Of a DNA stretch of 64,000 nucleotides, positions 1 through 9,936 are shown piece after piece. The translations under genes and the position numbers were made by a program. The stretch is from Spirochaetota bacterium. Lineage in GTDB: Bacteria; Spirochaetota; UBA6919; CBDBPB01. Numbering within the stretch: position 1 is the first letter of the stretch; every line of letters starts with the position of its first letter. A model generated the notes under the pieces. The model saw only the letters and a program-made list of their open reading frames with translations, was not told where the DNA came from and searched no databases. The stretch lies in assembly GCA_965208615.1 (NCBI GenBank), contig CBDBPB010000002.1:64001-128000 (forward strand). The letters run 5' to 3'.

Positions 1-410
1 CAGTAAATCCTAATTTTATTTGGCTGTCTGGTAACACTAAACACTTATATATATATGTTTGGGGAGGGAATTATAATTATAAGATAGAATGTCACTTGCA
101 GGATTATATGGGCAATACTCATTCTATTCCTTTTGGAGACCTTAATTTTAAGGGTTGGAGAAAAATGCGAATATCTATACCGTTTCATATTAAGCAAAAA
201 AGTAAATCACTTCCTAGTGTACGTCCACTAAAGTTTTTGAGGTTTAAAATAATTGCTGATCCTTATGAAAATCCTAGTGAATTTTATACATATTTTGATT
301 ACTTTCACGTGGTAACTGATATATATGAAGAAAGCTATGTAGGTGAAGAACTTCAGTTTGTTTACAACTATTGGGATAATGGAAATAAAAATCCTGCTCC
401 AAAAAAATGA
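1..410 (+). CDS. flaA: Flagellar filament outer layer (sheath) protein FlaA, 5' end outside window
   Basis: Frame is open from position 3. VWGGNYNY..., GDLNFKGWRKMRISIP and FYTYFD motifs are typical of spirochaete FlaA. Tandem with a second FlaA. Confidence 0.85.
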   Translation, partial: VNPNFIWLSGNTKHLYIYVWGGNYNYKIECHLQDYMGNTHSIPFGDLNFKGWRKMRISIPFHIKQKSKSLPSVRPLKFLRFKIIADPYENPSEFYTYFDYFHVVTDIYEESYVGEELQFVYNYWDNGNKNPAPKK

Positions 411-437
411 TAATGCAATCTATTTAAGGAGAGTTTT

Positions 438-1256
438 ATGAAAGTTAATAATACACTAATGTTATCAATACTAATTTTATTGGTTGGTTCTATTGGTAAC
501 GGGTTTGCTCAGGAGAAAACCACTGATAAAAAAGACAATAATAGAATTGACTTAAATCAAGATGATGAGTCAAAGACTGCTAAGGAACAGTTAGGTCCTG
601 ATGCGTCTAAGTCTCTTTACTTGATAACTGTGGATACATTTGAAGAAGTAGGCGAATGGACTATTAATATACCAGAAGATCAAGGTATTGCTACTACAAG
701 AAGAGTATTGGGAGCACCTCTTGCGCTTAAGAAGCAAGGTAAGAAAGAAGTAAAAGTACCTCCTAAGTACAGAAAGCCTGATGGAGTATATGAAAGAAAG
801 TATTATAGGCCATATACTGATAATAAGAAGTACATTTTAGGTGCAAAAGTTAATTTTTATAAACGGGGACATAATTGGTTCTCTATTCACCACAATAGGC
901 CTATTAGACTTGATGGAATAGTAAAGGCTTTTGAAGTATGGGTATGTGGTCGAGAAAAACAGCATACACTTTATATTATAGTTGAGGATCTTTTTGGAAA
1001 AGAATTGCTTATAAAAATGGATAAGCTTAACTTTTTGGGTTGGAAGCGATTAAAAGTAACTGTACCTCTTTATGTTGTTCAGGATAACTATCGTTTTACT
1101 AGTAAACGGGGACTTAAATTTAAAGGTTTTTTTATTAAAGTTGATCCATTAGAATCCTACGGAAAATATTATGTATATTTTGATAATCTTGTTGCAGAGG
1201 TTGATAGGTTTAAAGAAGAAAGTCGTAATGTAAGGGATCCGATAGACAACTGGTAA
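438..1256 (+). CDS. flaA: Flagellar filament outer layer protein FlaA (second paralog)
   Basis: Signal peptide; LGAKVNFYKRG, VWVCGR, LNFLGWKRL, DPLESYGKYYVYFDNL motifs; AGGAG RBS. Confidence 0.9.
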   Translation: MKVNNTLMLSILILLVGSIGNGFAQEKTTDKKDNNRIDLNQDDESKTAKEQLGPDASKSLYLITVDTFEEVGEWTINIPEDQGIATTRRVLGAPLALKKQGKKEVKVPPKYRKPDGVYERKYYRPYTDNKKYILGAKVNFYKRGHNWFSIHHNRPIRLDGIVKAFEVWVCGREKQHTLYIIVEDLFGKELLIKMDKLNFLGWKRLKVTVPLYVVQDNYRFTSKRGLKFKGFFIKVDPLESYGKYYVYFDNLVAEVDRFKEESRNVRDPIDNW

Positions 1257-1281
1257 GTTATATTAGTTATACAAAAAAATC

Positions 1282-1317
1282 AATAGTATGGGAATTTATC
1301 TCATACTATTTTTTTTA
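1282..1317 (+). terminator. Rho-independent terminator after flaA
   Basis: AATAGTATGGGA / TCTCATACTATT stem followed by a T-run. Confidence 0.7.
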
Positions 1318-1325
1318 TATATAGT

Positions 1326-2153
1326 TTGTTATTAATATTTTATATATTATTTTTAGTTAGTAGCAAAACACTTTTTTTACGAGGAATAATTATAGAAAAC
1401 AATCCCATAAAAATAAGAAAGATTATTAACAATCTAAAAGGTGTACTTAAAACAAGTTCTAATGAAACTCAGCGTATTCGTGTATATAAAGAAATTCAAA
1501 AGCTGGAAAAAGAACTTCTTAGCTTAGATTTAGAAGAAAGTTCGGATGATTCTCATTTGGACTATGATAATACATCCAATTCTATTAGCGAATACAAATA
1601 CTTAAAAGACATCGAAGTTTTGAAAGTTCCTTCTTCGGTTGACAATAGTGAAGCTAATGAGATTTATACTTTTTTAAAATACTTTGAAGAAGAATTTCTT
1701 GTTTTACTGAGTCCATACTATATTAAGTTAGGGCTAAACTACTCTATTACAAGAGAAACATTTTATACTGATATTTATAATTGTTATTCAGCTTTATACT
1801 TATACGTTGAGACATTAGAGAAAATAGCTAATGACAGCTTATTAGAAAACTATAAGATTAAGTTAAAGCTGGATTCTCAAAGTGAATACAGAAACTTATT
1901 TTCAAAGCTAAGCACTTTTTTACATAAGCTTTATAAGTTCACCTATGACCTAATTGAGAACTACGATACTGGCGGAAGACTTATTTTAAATGCGGATGAT
2001 ATACTTAAACTTGAAGTACCCTTAAAAGGAAAGATGCTTTTAAGGGATTATACAGTAATAGACGGATTTAGGTATTTATATGACTTTCTGACAGAGCTAA
2101 TTGATTATTTAAGACTACCTCGCATAGCAATAAACAATATATATATAAAATAA
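1326..2153 (+). CDS. Hypothetical helical protein (start uncertain)
   Basis: 275 aa ORF; resembles the C-terminal half of the 46704-48341 protein. Confidence 0.6.
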   Translation: MLLIFYILFLVSSKTLFLRGIIIENNPIKIRKIINNLKGVLKTSSNETQRIRVYKEIQKLEKELLSLDLEESSDDSHLDYDNTSNSISEYKYLKDIEVLKVPSSVDNSEANEIYTFLKYFEEEFLVLLSPYYIKLGLNYSITRETFYTDIYNCYSALYLYVETLEKIANDSLLENYKIKLKLDSQSEYRNLFSKLSTFLHKLYKFTYDLIENYDTGGRLILNADDILKLEVPLKGKMLLRDYTVIDGFRYLYDFLTELIDYLRLPRIAINNIYIK

Positions 2154-2159
2154 ATAGTA

Positions 2160-3410
2160 TTATATTTTTGATAAAGATTTAAAATCATTACCTGTAGGAT
2201 TTTGAAATACTTTTAGTTCAAACTTTGGTATGACTGCGAGAATGTGATCAAAGATATCCCCTTGAATGGATTCATAGTTAGCCCACTCCTGATCATTACT
2301 AAAAACGTATATTTCTATAGGCACTCCGTATTCTTTTGGAGCTAGTTGTCGTATAATAAATGTCATATCATTATGTATTTTTGGATGATTACTCAAATAT
2401 GATATTATATAAGCTCTTAGCACGCCGATATTAGTCATTTGTCTGCTACTAATATCTGGAGGCATAATATTATGGAGGTGATTATAGTTATCTATTTCAG
2501 TTTTTTTACTTTTTATATAGTTTTTTAGATAATGTATATTTTCAAATTCGTTTATCATCTTTTCAGAACAGAATTTTATACTATTTATATCGATATTTAT
2601 AGCTCTTTTAATACGTCTTCCCTCTGACTCACTCATACCTCGCCAATTTTTAAAGGAACCCATAACTAGGGAGTATACCGGAACAGAGGATATAGTTTTA
2701 TCCCAATTTTGGACTTTAACAGTGGTCAAAGATATATCGGTTACATTACCGTCGGCACCGTACTTTGGAACTTCTATCCAGTCACCGATGTGGATCATAT
2801 TATTGGATACTATCTGAAAGCCAGCTACTAGTCCTAGAATAGTATCCTTAAAGACCAATAATAATATAGCGGTCATTGCACCAATACTAGTTAATAGTAC
2901 TACAGGCGATTTACCAATTATGTTTGATATTATTAGTATAAAGGCGATAATGTATAAAAATATTTTAATTAGTTGTACATAGCTTTTTATGGGTCTTTCT
3001 TTAGAGACTTCGAAGTTTTGATAAATAGCAATTCCGGTATTTAGTATAGAGTTAATAGTTAGGACTATAAGAAAGATTATATAAATTATAACGAGGTCAT
3101 GTATCCAGTGGGTCATATCTGGTATAGAGTATGCGGCGAAGTATATAATTATAGCGGGGATTAATCTAACAAGGTGTTTAACGACTTTTTCTTTTAAGAG
3201 GAGGTCATCCCATTTAATTTTGGTTTTTTCTATGAATTTCTTCAACCTTACGAGTATAATTTTTTTTGATATTATACTGGATATATAGCCCAATAATAAT
3301 ATCATTATTATTAATAATACATAGCTTATATAGTAAGCCATATCATTGGACATATAGTTTTGTAATAGGGTTTGGGTATATTGTATTAGTCCATTTTGTT
3401 TATCGTTCAT
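2160..3410 (-). CDS. MscS-family mechanosensitive channel (YbdG/MscM-like)
   Basis: N-terminal TM helices; GDWIEVPKYGADG, TTVKVQNWDKTI, FKNWRGMSESEGRRIKR motifs. Confidence 0.92.
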   Translation of the reverse strand: MNDKQNGLIQYTQTLLQNYMSNDMAYYISYVLLIIMILLLGYISSIISKKIILVRLKKFIEKTKIKWDDLLLKEKVVKHLVRLIPAIIIYFAAYSIPDMTHWIHDLVIIYIIFLIVLTINSILNTGIAIYQNFEVSKERPIKSYVQLIKIFLYIIAFILIISNIIGKSPVVLLTSIGAMTAILLLVFKDTILGLVAGFQIVSNNMIHIGDWIEVPKYGADGNVTDISLTTVKVQNWDKTISSVPVYSLVMGSFKNWRGMSESEGRRIKRAINIDINSIKFCSEKMINEFENIHYLKNYIKSKKTEIDNYNHLHNIMPPDISSRQMTNIGVLRAYIISYLSNHPKIHNDMTFIIRQLAPKEYGVPIEIYVFSNDQEWANYESIQGDIFDHILAVIPKFELKVFQNPTGNDFKSLSKI

Positions 3411-3555
3411 ATATTTTCCTTTAATAATTGGTTGATATAAGCGTTGGTATTTTTAATTATAATCTTTAGAGTTAAGATAACATATTTAGTTATAAAAGTT
3501 AATAGTTTAAGTTATTTTTATTAGATTTTTTTTAAAAGTATTTTTAATCTATGAT

Positions 3556-4268
3556 ATTACTAATTGTTCTAGTAGTATAGTTCAAAAGTATTTTAAGTTA
3601 GTTTATCTTTTTAAAACTTTCTAAAATGCAGATAAAATTTATTTATTAGTTGTCTTATAATAATTTTTTATCTAAAAGCTATAGTAGTTAGTAACAGGGA
3701 GTATATCTTTTCTTTTTTATGGTTTAGTATAGCAGGCACTTCATCAAGTTTAGGTTATTGACAATGGGGATAAACATAAACATTTACGTTTAGACTTTGA
3801 GTCAGGGCTGGCAAGTATATTTATTTTTTTTGTTAAGGTGTAAGGCGAGTAGGGTTCTTTTTTTTTGATAATTTAGTTTATCTAGAGTGATATTATTTAA
3901 TAATTTAGTTATCATTTTATGATAGAGTTATAGCAAAGCGTATAAGGTAAAAAGTGAGACATATAACGTAAAGGGAAGTGAATTCCAGATTTCTTTATGG
4001 AACAGGAAAGTTAAAATATTATTGGAAAAGTTATTTTCTTGTGTCATAGGTGTTATCCTTATATGCGCTTAAAGTGCTGTTTAAATGATTCAGTAATAAA
4101 CACAAAAAGCACTTTTTATGCAAGTAGTCATCACTACGAGAGCTATTAAGAATCCCTTACTGAGACTAAGGATTATAGACCTTTATTAAGTGATGACGGA
4201 TTCGCCTTTCCATAAAGGCTTAGAGCGGATTATTTAAATATCGCATATTGACGTTATGTGTAAAACCT
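3556..4268 (+). repeat. Dispersed non-coding element copy 1 (leader + one ~145 bp unit + 303 nt structured core at 3959-4261)
   Basis: Clear homology to 16762-18660 (+), 24062-24575 (-) and 49901-51374 (-); invariant 36-mer at 4140-4175. Confidence 0.93.
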
Positions 4269-4607
4269 CCGCCGATTAATTGGAACCTTCTTATATCATA
4301 GAATGTCCAACTTCGCTGATATAAAAAATATTCCCAAAAAAACATTACTATATCCTGCTAATAAACTTCATAACTCAATACCCATTTAACCATATCAATA
4401 TCATAAAAAAGTTAATTTACTTGCCTTATATTAAAAATATATTATCTTTTTACGTTAGAATTAAAGTGTTGTACATTAATTTTTAATGCTTATCCTTTCA
4501 TATAATTCTTTATATAGTTAGAAGATATTAGAAGTCGATTATTATTTTTGTAGTTTTACATAGGATTAATTAAATATAATGTTTTATAAAATTGAGCAGG
4601 AGGTAGA

Positions 4608-6293
4608 ATGAGTGTATTTAAACACGATGTTTTAGTTGTGGGAGCAGGTTTAGCAGGTCAGAGGGCCGCTATTGAAGTAGGACGTTCAGGACTAGATGTT
4701 GCAATGATATCAAAGGTATATCCTGTTAGGAGTCACTCAAGTGCTGCACAGGGCGGTATTAATGCGGCTTTAAACGCTGATGACTCTATTGAGTCTCACA
4801 TATTTGATACGGTTAAGGGCAGTGATTATCTTGGCGATCAGGACTCAATAGAGACGTTTTGTAATGAGGCGCCTAATGATATTGTAGAGCTTGAGAATAT
4901 GGGTGTTCCATTTATGCGTCATCCTGATGGTAAGATAGGCAGTAGGCCTTTTGGTGGAGCCAGTTATCCAAGGGCATGTTTTATTGCTGATATTACTGGA
5001 CAGGCTATACTGCACGTTATGTACGAGCAGGTGGTAAAAGGTGGTTTTAAGGTATATGAGGAATGGTGGGTATCGTCATTGATAGTTGAGGATGGAAAGT
5101 GTGTTGGAGTTGTAGCTATAGACTTAAGGACTCAAGAATTACATGTAGTTCAGGCTAAGGCTGTGGTATTAGCTACTGGAGGCTATGGTCAGGTGTTTGC
5201 ACCTACTACTAACGCACTTATTAACACTGGTGATGGCATGAGTCATGCTTATCGTGCTGGCACTCCCCTTATGGATATGGAGATGGTACAGTTCCATCCA
5301 ACTTCATTAAAGAAGACTGGTCTTCTTTTGAGTGAGGCCGCAAGAGGTGAGGGTGGTTATTTAATCAACAAAAATGGTGAGCGATTTATGAAGAAGATTG
5401 CGCCTAATAAGATGGAGTTAGCATCAAGGGATGTGGTCTCAAGGGCTGAGCAGATTGAGATTAATGAGGGGCGTGGAGTTGATGGATGTGTTTTATTAGA
5501 TATGCGTCATTTGGGTGCTGATCTTATTATGTCAAAGTTAGCTCAAATCCGTGATTTAGGCATTACTTTTGCTGGAGTTGATATGATAGAGGAGCCTGTT
5601 CCTGTTAGACCAGGCATGCACTATATGATGGGGGGAATTAAGACTGATGTTAATGGTGCAACTTACATACCGGGATTATATGCGGCTGGTGAGTGTGCAT
5701 GTGTTACGGTTCATGGTGCCAATAGGTTAGGGGGTAATTCTCTTATGGAGGCTGTAACTTTTGGTCGTCGATCTGGTAAGGGTGCATTAGACTTTGTTAA
5801 AAAGCTAAGCACTGATCATAAGCAATTAACTCAGGATGCGGCTAGTAAGGATGCTGAGTTAATCAAGTCTTTATTGGATAGGCCTGATAAAGGGGTTTAT
5901 TCTGCTCAAATACAAGCTAAGATGGGTAGTCTTATGGTAGAGAAGGTTGGGGTATTTAGGCAAGAGAAGGTTTTAAAAGAGGCTAAAGAGGATATTAAGA
6001 ATTTAAAGGCTGAGTGGGAAAGTGCATCTATCAAGGATAAGGGTCAGCAGTTTAACACTGAGATTATTAGAACTTTAGAGCTTCGTAATATGCTTGACCT
6101 TGCTCAATGTACTGTTGAGGGTGCCATTATGAGAAATGAGAGTAGGGGTGCACATACACGTACTGATTTCCCAAATAGGAATGATAAGGATTGGGTAAAG
6201 CATATTTTATTTTATCATGAGGATAAAGGTCCTAAGCATGAGTTTTTACCTGTTACACTAACAAAGTGGGAATTACAAGAGAGGGTATATTGA
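4608..6293 (+). CDS. sdhA: Succinate dehydrogenase/fumarate reductase flavoprotein subunit
   Basis: GAGLAG FAD motif, RSHSSAAQGG, QFHPT, HYMMGG, HGANRLGGNSL. Confidence 0.95.
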   Translation: MSVFKHDVLVVGAGLAGQRAAIEVGRSGLDVAMISKVYPVRSHSSAAQGGINAALNADDSIESHIFDTVKGSDYLGDQDSIETFCNEAPNDIVELENMGVPFMRHPDGKIGSRPFGGASYPRACFIADITGQAILHVMYEQVVKGGFKVYEEWWVSSLIVEDGKCVGVVAIDLRTQELHVVQAKAVVLATGGYGQVFAPTTNALINTGDGMSHAYRAGTPLMDMEMVQFHPTSLKKTGLLLSEAARGEGGYLINKNGERFMKKIAPNKMELASRDVVSRAEQIEINEGRGVDGCVLLDMRHLGADLIMSKLAQIRDLGITFAGVDMIEEPVPVRPGMHYMMGGIKTDVNGATYIPGLYAAGECACVTVHGANRLGGNSLMEAVTFGRRSGKGALDFVKKLSTDHKQLTQDAASKDAELIKSLLDRPDKGVYSAQIQAKMGSLMVEKVGVFRQEKVLKEAKEDIKNLKAEWESASIKDKGQQFNTEIIRTLELRNMLDLAQCTVEGAIMRNESRGAHTRTDFPNRNDKDWVKHILFYHEDKGPKHEFLPVTLTKWELQERVY

Positions 6294-6295
6294 TT

Positions 6296-7243
6296 ATGGA
6301 GACAAAATTTAAGATTAAGCGTTTTGATCCTACAGAACAAAAGTCATACTATCAAACTTTTAATGTCACCACAGAGCCAGGAGATACAATTTTAGAGGCC
6401 CTTTTAACTATTCAGGGCAAACAGGATCAGACATTTGCTATGCGTTGTTCTTGTAAGAGTGCAATTTGCGGATCATGTGCTATGAAGGTAAATAAGCGTA
6501 CAAGGTTAGCTTGTAATACACAAATCCGTGATCTTGAGTTAATTAATGGTGAGATACTTGTTGAGCCTATGGGTAATATGCCTGTTATTCGTGATCTCAT
6601 TGTTGAGTTAGAGATGCACTGGGAAAAATTAAGGGGTATTGATCCATTTTTGAAGGTTAATAAGCCTCCTGATGAGAGAGAATATCTTTGTTCTAATGAG
6701 TCTATGGTTCACGTATCACATGTTACTGAGTGTATACAGTGTGCATCTTGTGTATCTGACTGTACTGTACTCGAGGTGGATAAGAGTTTTCGTGGACCTG
6801 CGGCATTGGCTAAGGTATATAGGTTTGTGTCTGACCCTAGGGATACTAATGATAAGCATAGACTAACCCAGGCGTCAAAGAGCTCAGAGATGTGGGACTG
6901 CACTCATTGTTTTAAGTGTGTAGAGGCTTGTCCTAAGCTAACAAGACCTATGGAGCGTATTTTAGCTCTTAGAAAGACTGCTATGAAAAAAGGCTATCGT
7001 AATAATTGCGGTTCAAGGCATTCTTATGCTATTTTGGATTCTATAAAACATAGTGGTACTCTTAATGAGAATACTGTAATGCCAAAGTCTTTTGGATATT
7101 TAAACATACCAAAGTTATTATCCATTGTTCCTGTAGGGCTTAGAATGGCGTCGGCTGGCAAGCTACCTCCTTTAATACATAAGAAGATTGGCAGTATAAA
7201 GAAGGTGCAAAAGATATTTGATAAATTAGAAAGGGAAAATTAG
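6296..7243 (+). CDS. sdhB: Succinate dehydrogenase iron-sulfur subunit with C-terminal extension
   Basis: SCKSAICGSC, CIQCASCVSDC and CTHCFKCVEAC Fe-S motifs; likely ATG at 6296. Confidence 0.93.
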   Translation: METKFKIKRFDPTEQKSYYQTFNVTTEPGDTILEALLTIQGKQDQTFAMRCSCKSAICGSCAMKVNKRTRLACNTQIRDLELINGEILVEPMGNMPVIRDLIVELEMHWEKLRGIDPFLKVNKPPDEREYLCSNESMVHVSHVTECIQCASCVSDCTVLEVDKSFRGPAALAKVYRFVSDPRDTNDKHRLTQASKSSEMWDCTHCFKCVEACPKLTRPMERILALRKTAMKKGYRNNCGSRHSYAILDSIKHSGTLNENTVMPKSFGYLNIPKLLSIVPVGLRMASAGKLPPLIHKKIGSIKKVQKIFDKLEREN

Positions 7244-7253
7244 GAGGGTTTGA

Positions 7254-8105
7254 ATGAGATACGCTTTTTATCCTGGTTGTGTTGCTAAAGGGGCATGCCC
7301 TGAGTTAAAACTATCCGCTGAGAATGTTAGTAGTAAGCTTGGCATTGATCTTGCTGAGTTGACTGAGGCAACTTGTACTGGTGCTGGTATTATGAGTGAG
7401 CATGATCAAGAGTTAGGGGATACCCTTAATGCAAGAACTTTTGCTATGGCTGAGAAGTTAGACATTCCTCTTATGAATATTTGTAGTACTTGTCAGGGGG
7501 GTATGAGTCATAGTAATTATAGATTGAATAATGAGTCTGGCTTATTGGATAAAGTTAATGAGACTCTTGCTAATGAGGGGCTTAAATATAGTGGTAATTT
7601 ATCCATTAAGAACTTCATGTGGGTTCTTATAGAAGACTTTGGCTTGGATAAGTTAAAGTCTATGATTAAAAAGCCTCTTACTGGTCTTAAGGTAGCTCCT
7701 TTTTATGGGTGTTATATTTTAAGACCATCGTGGGAGCTTGGGATTGATGAGAATAGAGATAGGGCACATTATTTAGAGTATCTTATTGAGGCATGTGGTG
7801 CAAGTCCTGTTGATTATGAGGGTAGGGATAAGTGTTGTGGCTTTCCAATTCAGGCTATGAATGGTAAGAACTCAAAGGCTATGGCTAAGAATCACGTTCA
7901 AGAGGCGGCTGAGAAGGGTGCTGATTGTATGGTTACGCCATGTCCTCTTTGTCATTTGCAGTTGGATGCTAATCAACCTGACTATACCAATGTGAAGTTA
8001 CCTATACTACACTTACCTCAGATGATTGGTTTAGCTATTGGTCTTTCTGCTAAAGAGTTAGGGTTAGATAAGAACATTATTAAAGCAAATAAGGTTTTGG
8101 TATAA
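7254..8105 (+). CDS. HdrB-like CCG-domain anchor subunit of non-classical succinate dehydrogenase
   Basis: YAFYPGC, APFYGC, KCCGF, TPCPLCH motifs; directly after sdhB. Confidence 0.88.
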   Translation: MRYAFYPGCVAKGACPELKLSAENVSSKLGIDLAELTEATCTGAGIMSEHDQELGDTLNARTFAMAEKLDIPLMNICSTCQGGMSHSNYRLNNESGLLDKVNETLANEGLKYSGNLSIKNFMWVLIEDFGLDKLKSMIKKPLTGLKVAPFYGCYILRPSWELGIDENRDRAHYLEYLIEACGASPVDYEGRDKCCGFPIQAMNGKNSKAMAKNHVQEAAEKGADCMVTPCPLCHLQLDANQPDYTNVKLPILHLPQMIGLAIGLSAKELGLDKNIIKANKVLV

Positions 8106-8116
8106 ATAGATAGTGC

Positions 8117-9499
8117 TTATTTATTGGGGCTAGTATCGTTGATTATTTTTATAATCGACTGTATTAGCTCTTTTATGTGGGGGTCACGTTCTTTTTTTAG
8201 TCTTATCTTTAACAGCGGCACTTTTGCTTCATATTTGCTTTTGAACAGTGAGTAAATGGCATTAGTTCTTATTAGTTTATTGGGATGATTTATAAGATAG
8301 TTAATTTGTTGTTTATTCTTTGGAAAAGCTTCTCTTTGGGATAGTATTAATGGGTTTTTGTTAAAGAACTTTTTATTAGACTCTATGGCATTGGGATTGT
8401 TTTTTAGGAATATTAATAAGGGTTTCATTGATTTTTTGCTATAGTAGTTTATAATTAATTCTGGTAATATATTACTACATTTTAGTTTAGCCAATGATAT
8501 TAAGGATATTCTTTTTAGGTTTTTTTGATAGGTAATTAGGGTATTTGCTTTATTTAGGTTTTGGTAGTAGTTTTTTAGTGGTTTACAGTTATTATTACTG
8601 CCTATTTCTCCTAGTAGTTTTACAGCTTTAAATTGGATTTTTGGATTTATATCTTTTAGTGCTAATTTTAAGACTTTCACTCTATTTTCTTTGATGTTTT
8701 TAATTTTATTTGGGTTTTCTTCGTTATAGTGTTTAAAGTAGGTTTCAGCTTTATAAGAGGCGTTATAGTTATTGCTCCCTATGTCCGCAAGTTTATTCAT
8801 GAGTACGTTATCAAATAGCTTAATATATTTATTGTTGTTATTCATTATATATAGGGCTTTTTTGACACTTCTTGTTAGTCTTTTATCTTTTACTTCTGCA
8901 TTTAGTTTTATTAGGGTATTTTTTATATATTCGTTTTTATATTTGTCCCCTAATAGAGCGGTTGTGATAATTACTTCGTCATAGAGGGCGGTTTTATCTT
9001 GGACATGCTTTATTAATATAGGATATGAGGGTTTATAATTTGTTAGTCCTATTGTGATAGAGGCTTTTTTTATACTATCTTCTAATTTGGATATTTTTAA
9101 TATATTATGGGCGATTTTAGCATATTTAGTTTTATTTTTTATTGGATAGTTATTTTTTAGCAGTGTATTTATTATTTCTAGTCCACAGTTTTTGATTACT
9201 TCTTTATTGCTTTTGAGAAGGCTTAAGGCATATATCAGTATATTTTTATTCATAATTAGGGCAAGTGATCTGCTGGATAAATATCGTTCCAATGGTATAT
9301 GATTTTGCTTATGGATTATTTGTTTTAGTTTGGGTATAAATTGTATAAGCTTATGTTCAGCGATTAGGTGTATAGCTTTCCGTCTATGGACCTCGTTTTT
9401 AGATATGAGTAGTTGTTTTATGTTATCAGAAAGGTTTTTTGTTGTTACTTGGCAAAACTGGATAAGTATTATTATTAAGAAGGTTATTAATTTTTTCAA
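8117..9499 (-). CDS. Exported HEAT-repeat protein
   Basis: Signal-like N-terminus; HEAT-like segments such as LALKDINPKIQFKAVKLLGEIG and LINHPNKLIRTNAIYSL. Confidence 0.65.
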   Translation of the reverse strand: MKKLITFLIIILIQFCQVTTKNLSDNIKQLLISKNEVHRRKAIHLIAEHKLIQFIPKLKQIIHKQNHIPLERYLSSRSLALIMNKNILIYALSLLKSNKEVIKNCGLEIINTLLKNNYPIKNKTKYAKIAHNILKISKLEDSIKKASITIGLTNYKPSYPILIKHVQDKTALYDEVIITTALLGDKYKNEYIKNTLIKLNAEVKDKRLTRSVKKALYIMNNNNKYIKLFDNVLMNKLADIGSNNYNASYKAETYFKHYNEENPNKIKNIKENRVKVLKLALKDINPKIQFKAVKLLGEIGSNNNCKPLKNYYQNLNKANTLITYQKNLKRISLISLAKLKCSNILPELIINYYSKKSMKPLLIFLKNNPNAIESNKKFFNKNPLILSQREAFPKNKQQINYLINHPNKLIRTNAIYSLFKSKYEAKVPLLKIRLKKERDPHIKELIQSIIKIINDTSPNK

Positions 9500-9849
9500 G
9501 TTTTCTAACTTAGTCTATGATCTACCTTTCAGAATACCAGTTAAATATACTTAATATAAAATAATATTTATTATCCTAAAGACAATAAGAATAAGATGTA
9601 ATTTTTATTACATAAAAACAGGCATTAATCCATAATGCCTTATATTCTATTGTCTATAAGTCATTAGCATTTAATCTGTATATTAATATAGGAGTATATT
9701 TTGTTCGGAATTTTTTTTATGCAACTTTAATAAAATAGTTGACGAAAACTAAAAATTTAGATACCGTTTTAATTAAAAGTATGTTATTTATTATTTCTTT
9801 TTGATAAAGAAGAGATTCTTAATATTTAGAATTAGATACTTTCTCTTCT

Positions 9850-9936
9850 ACGGAGGTAGCGATAAAAAGAACCTTAACCAAATAGGGATATGGGAACGGT
9901 TCTTTAATATAAATAATTACCCACGGAGGGACGTTT
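9850..9936 (+). promoter_or_regulatory. Flagellin leader with multiple ANGGA (CsrA-type) motifs and a stem
   Basis: ACGGA 9850, AGGGA 9884, ACGGAGGGA 9923 overlapping the RBS; AAAGAACC/GGTTCTTT stem at 9866-9905. Confidence 0.45.
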
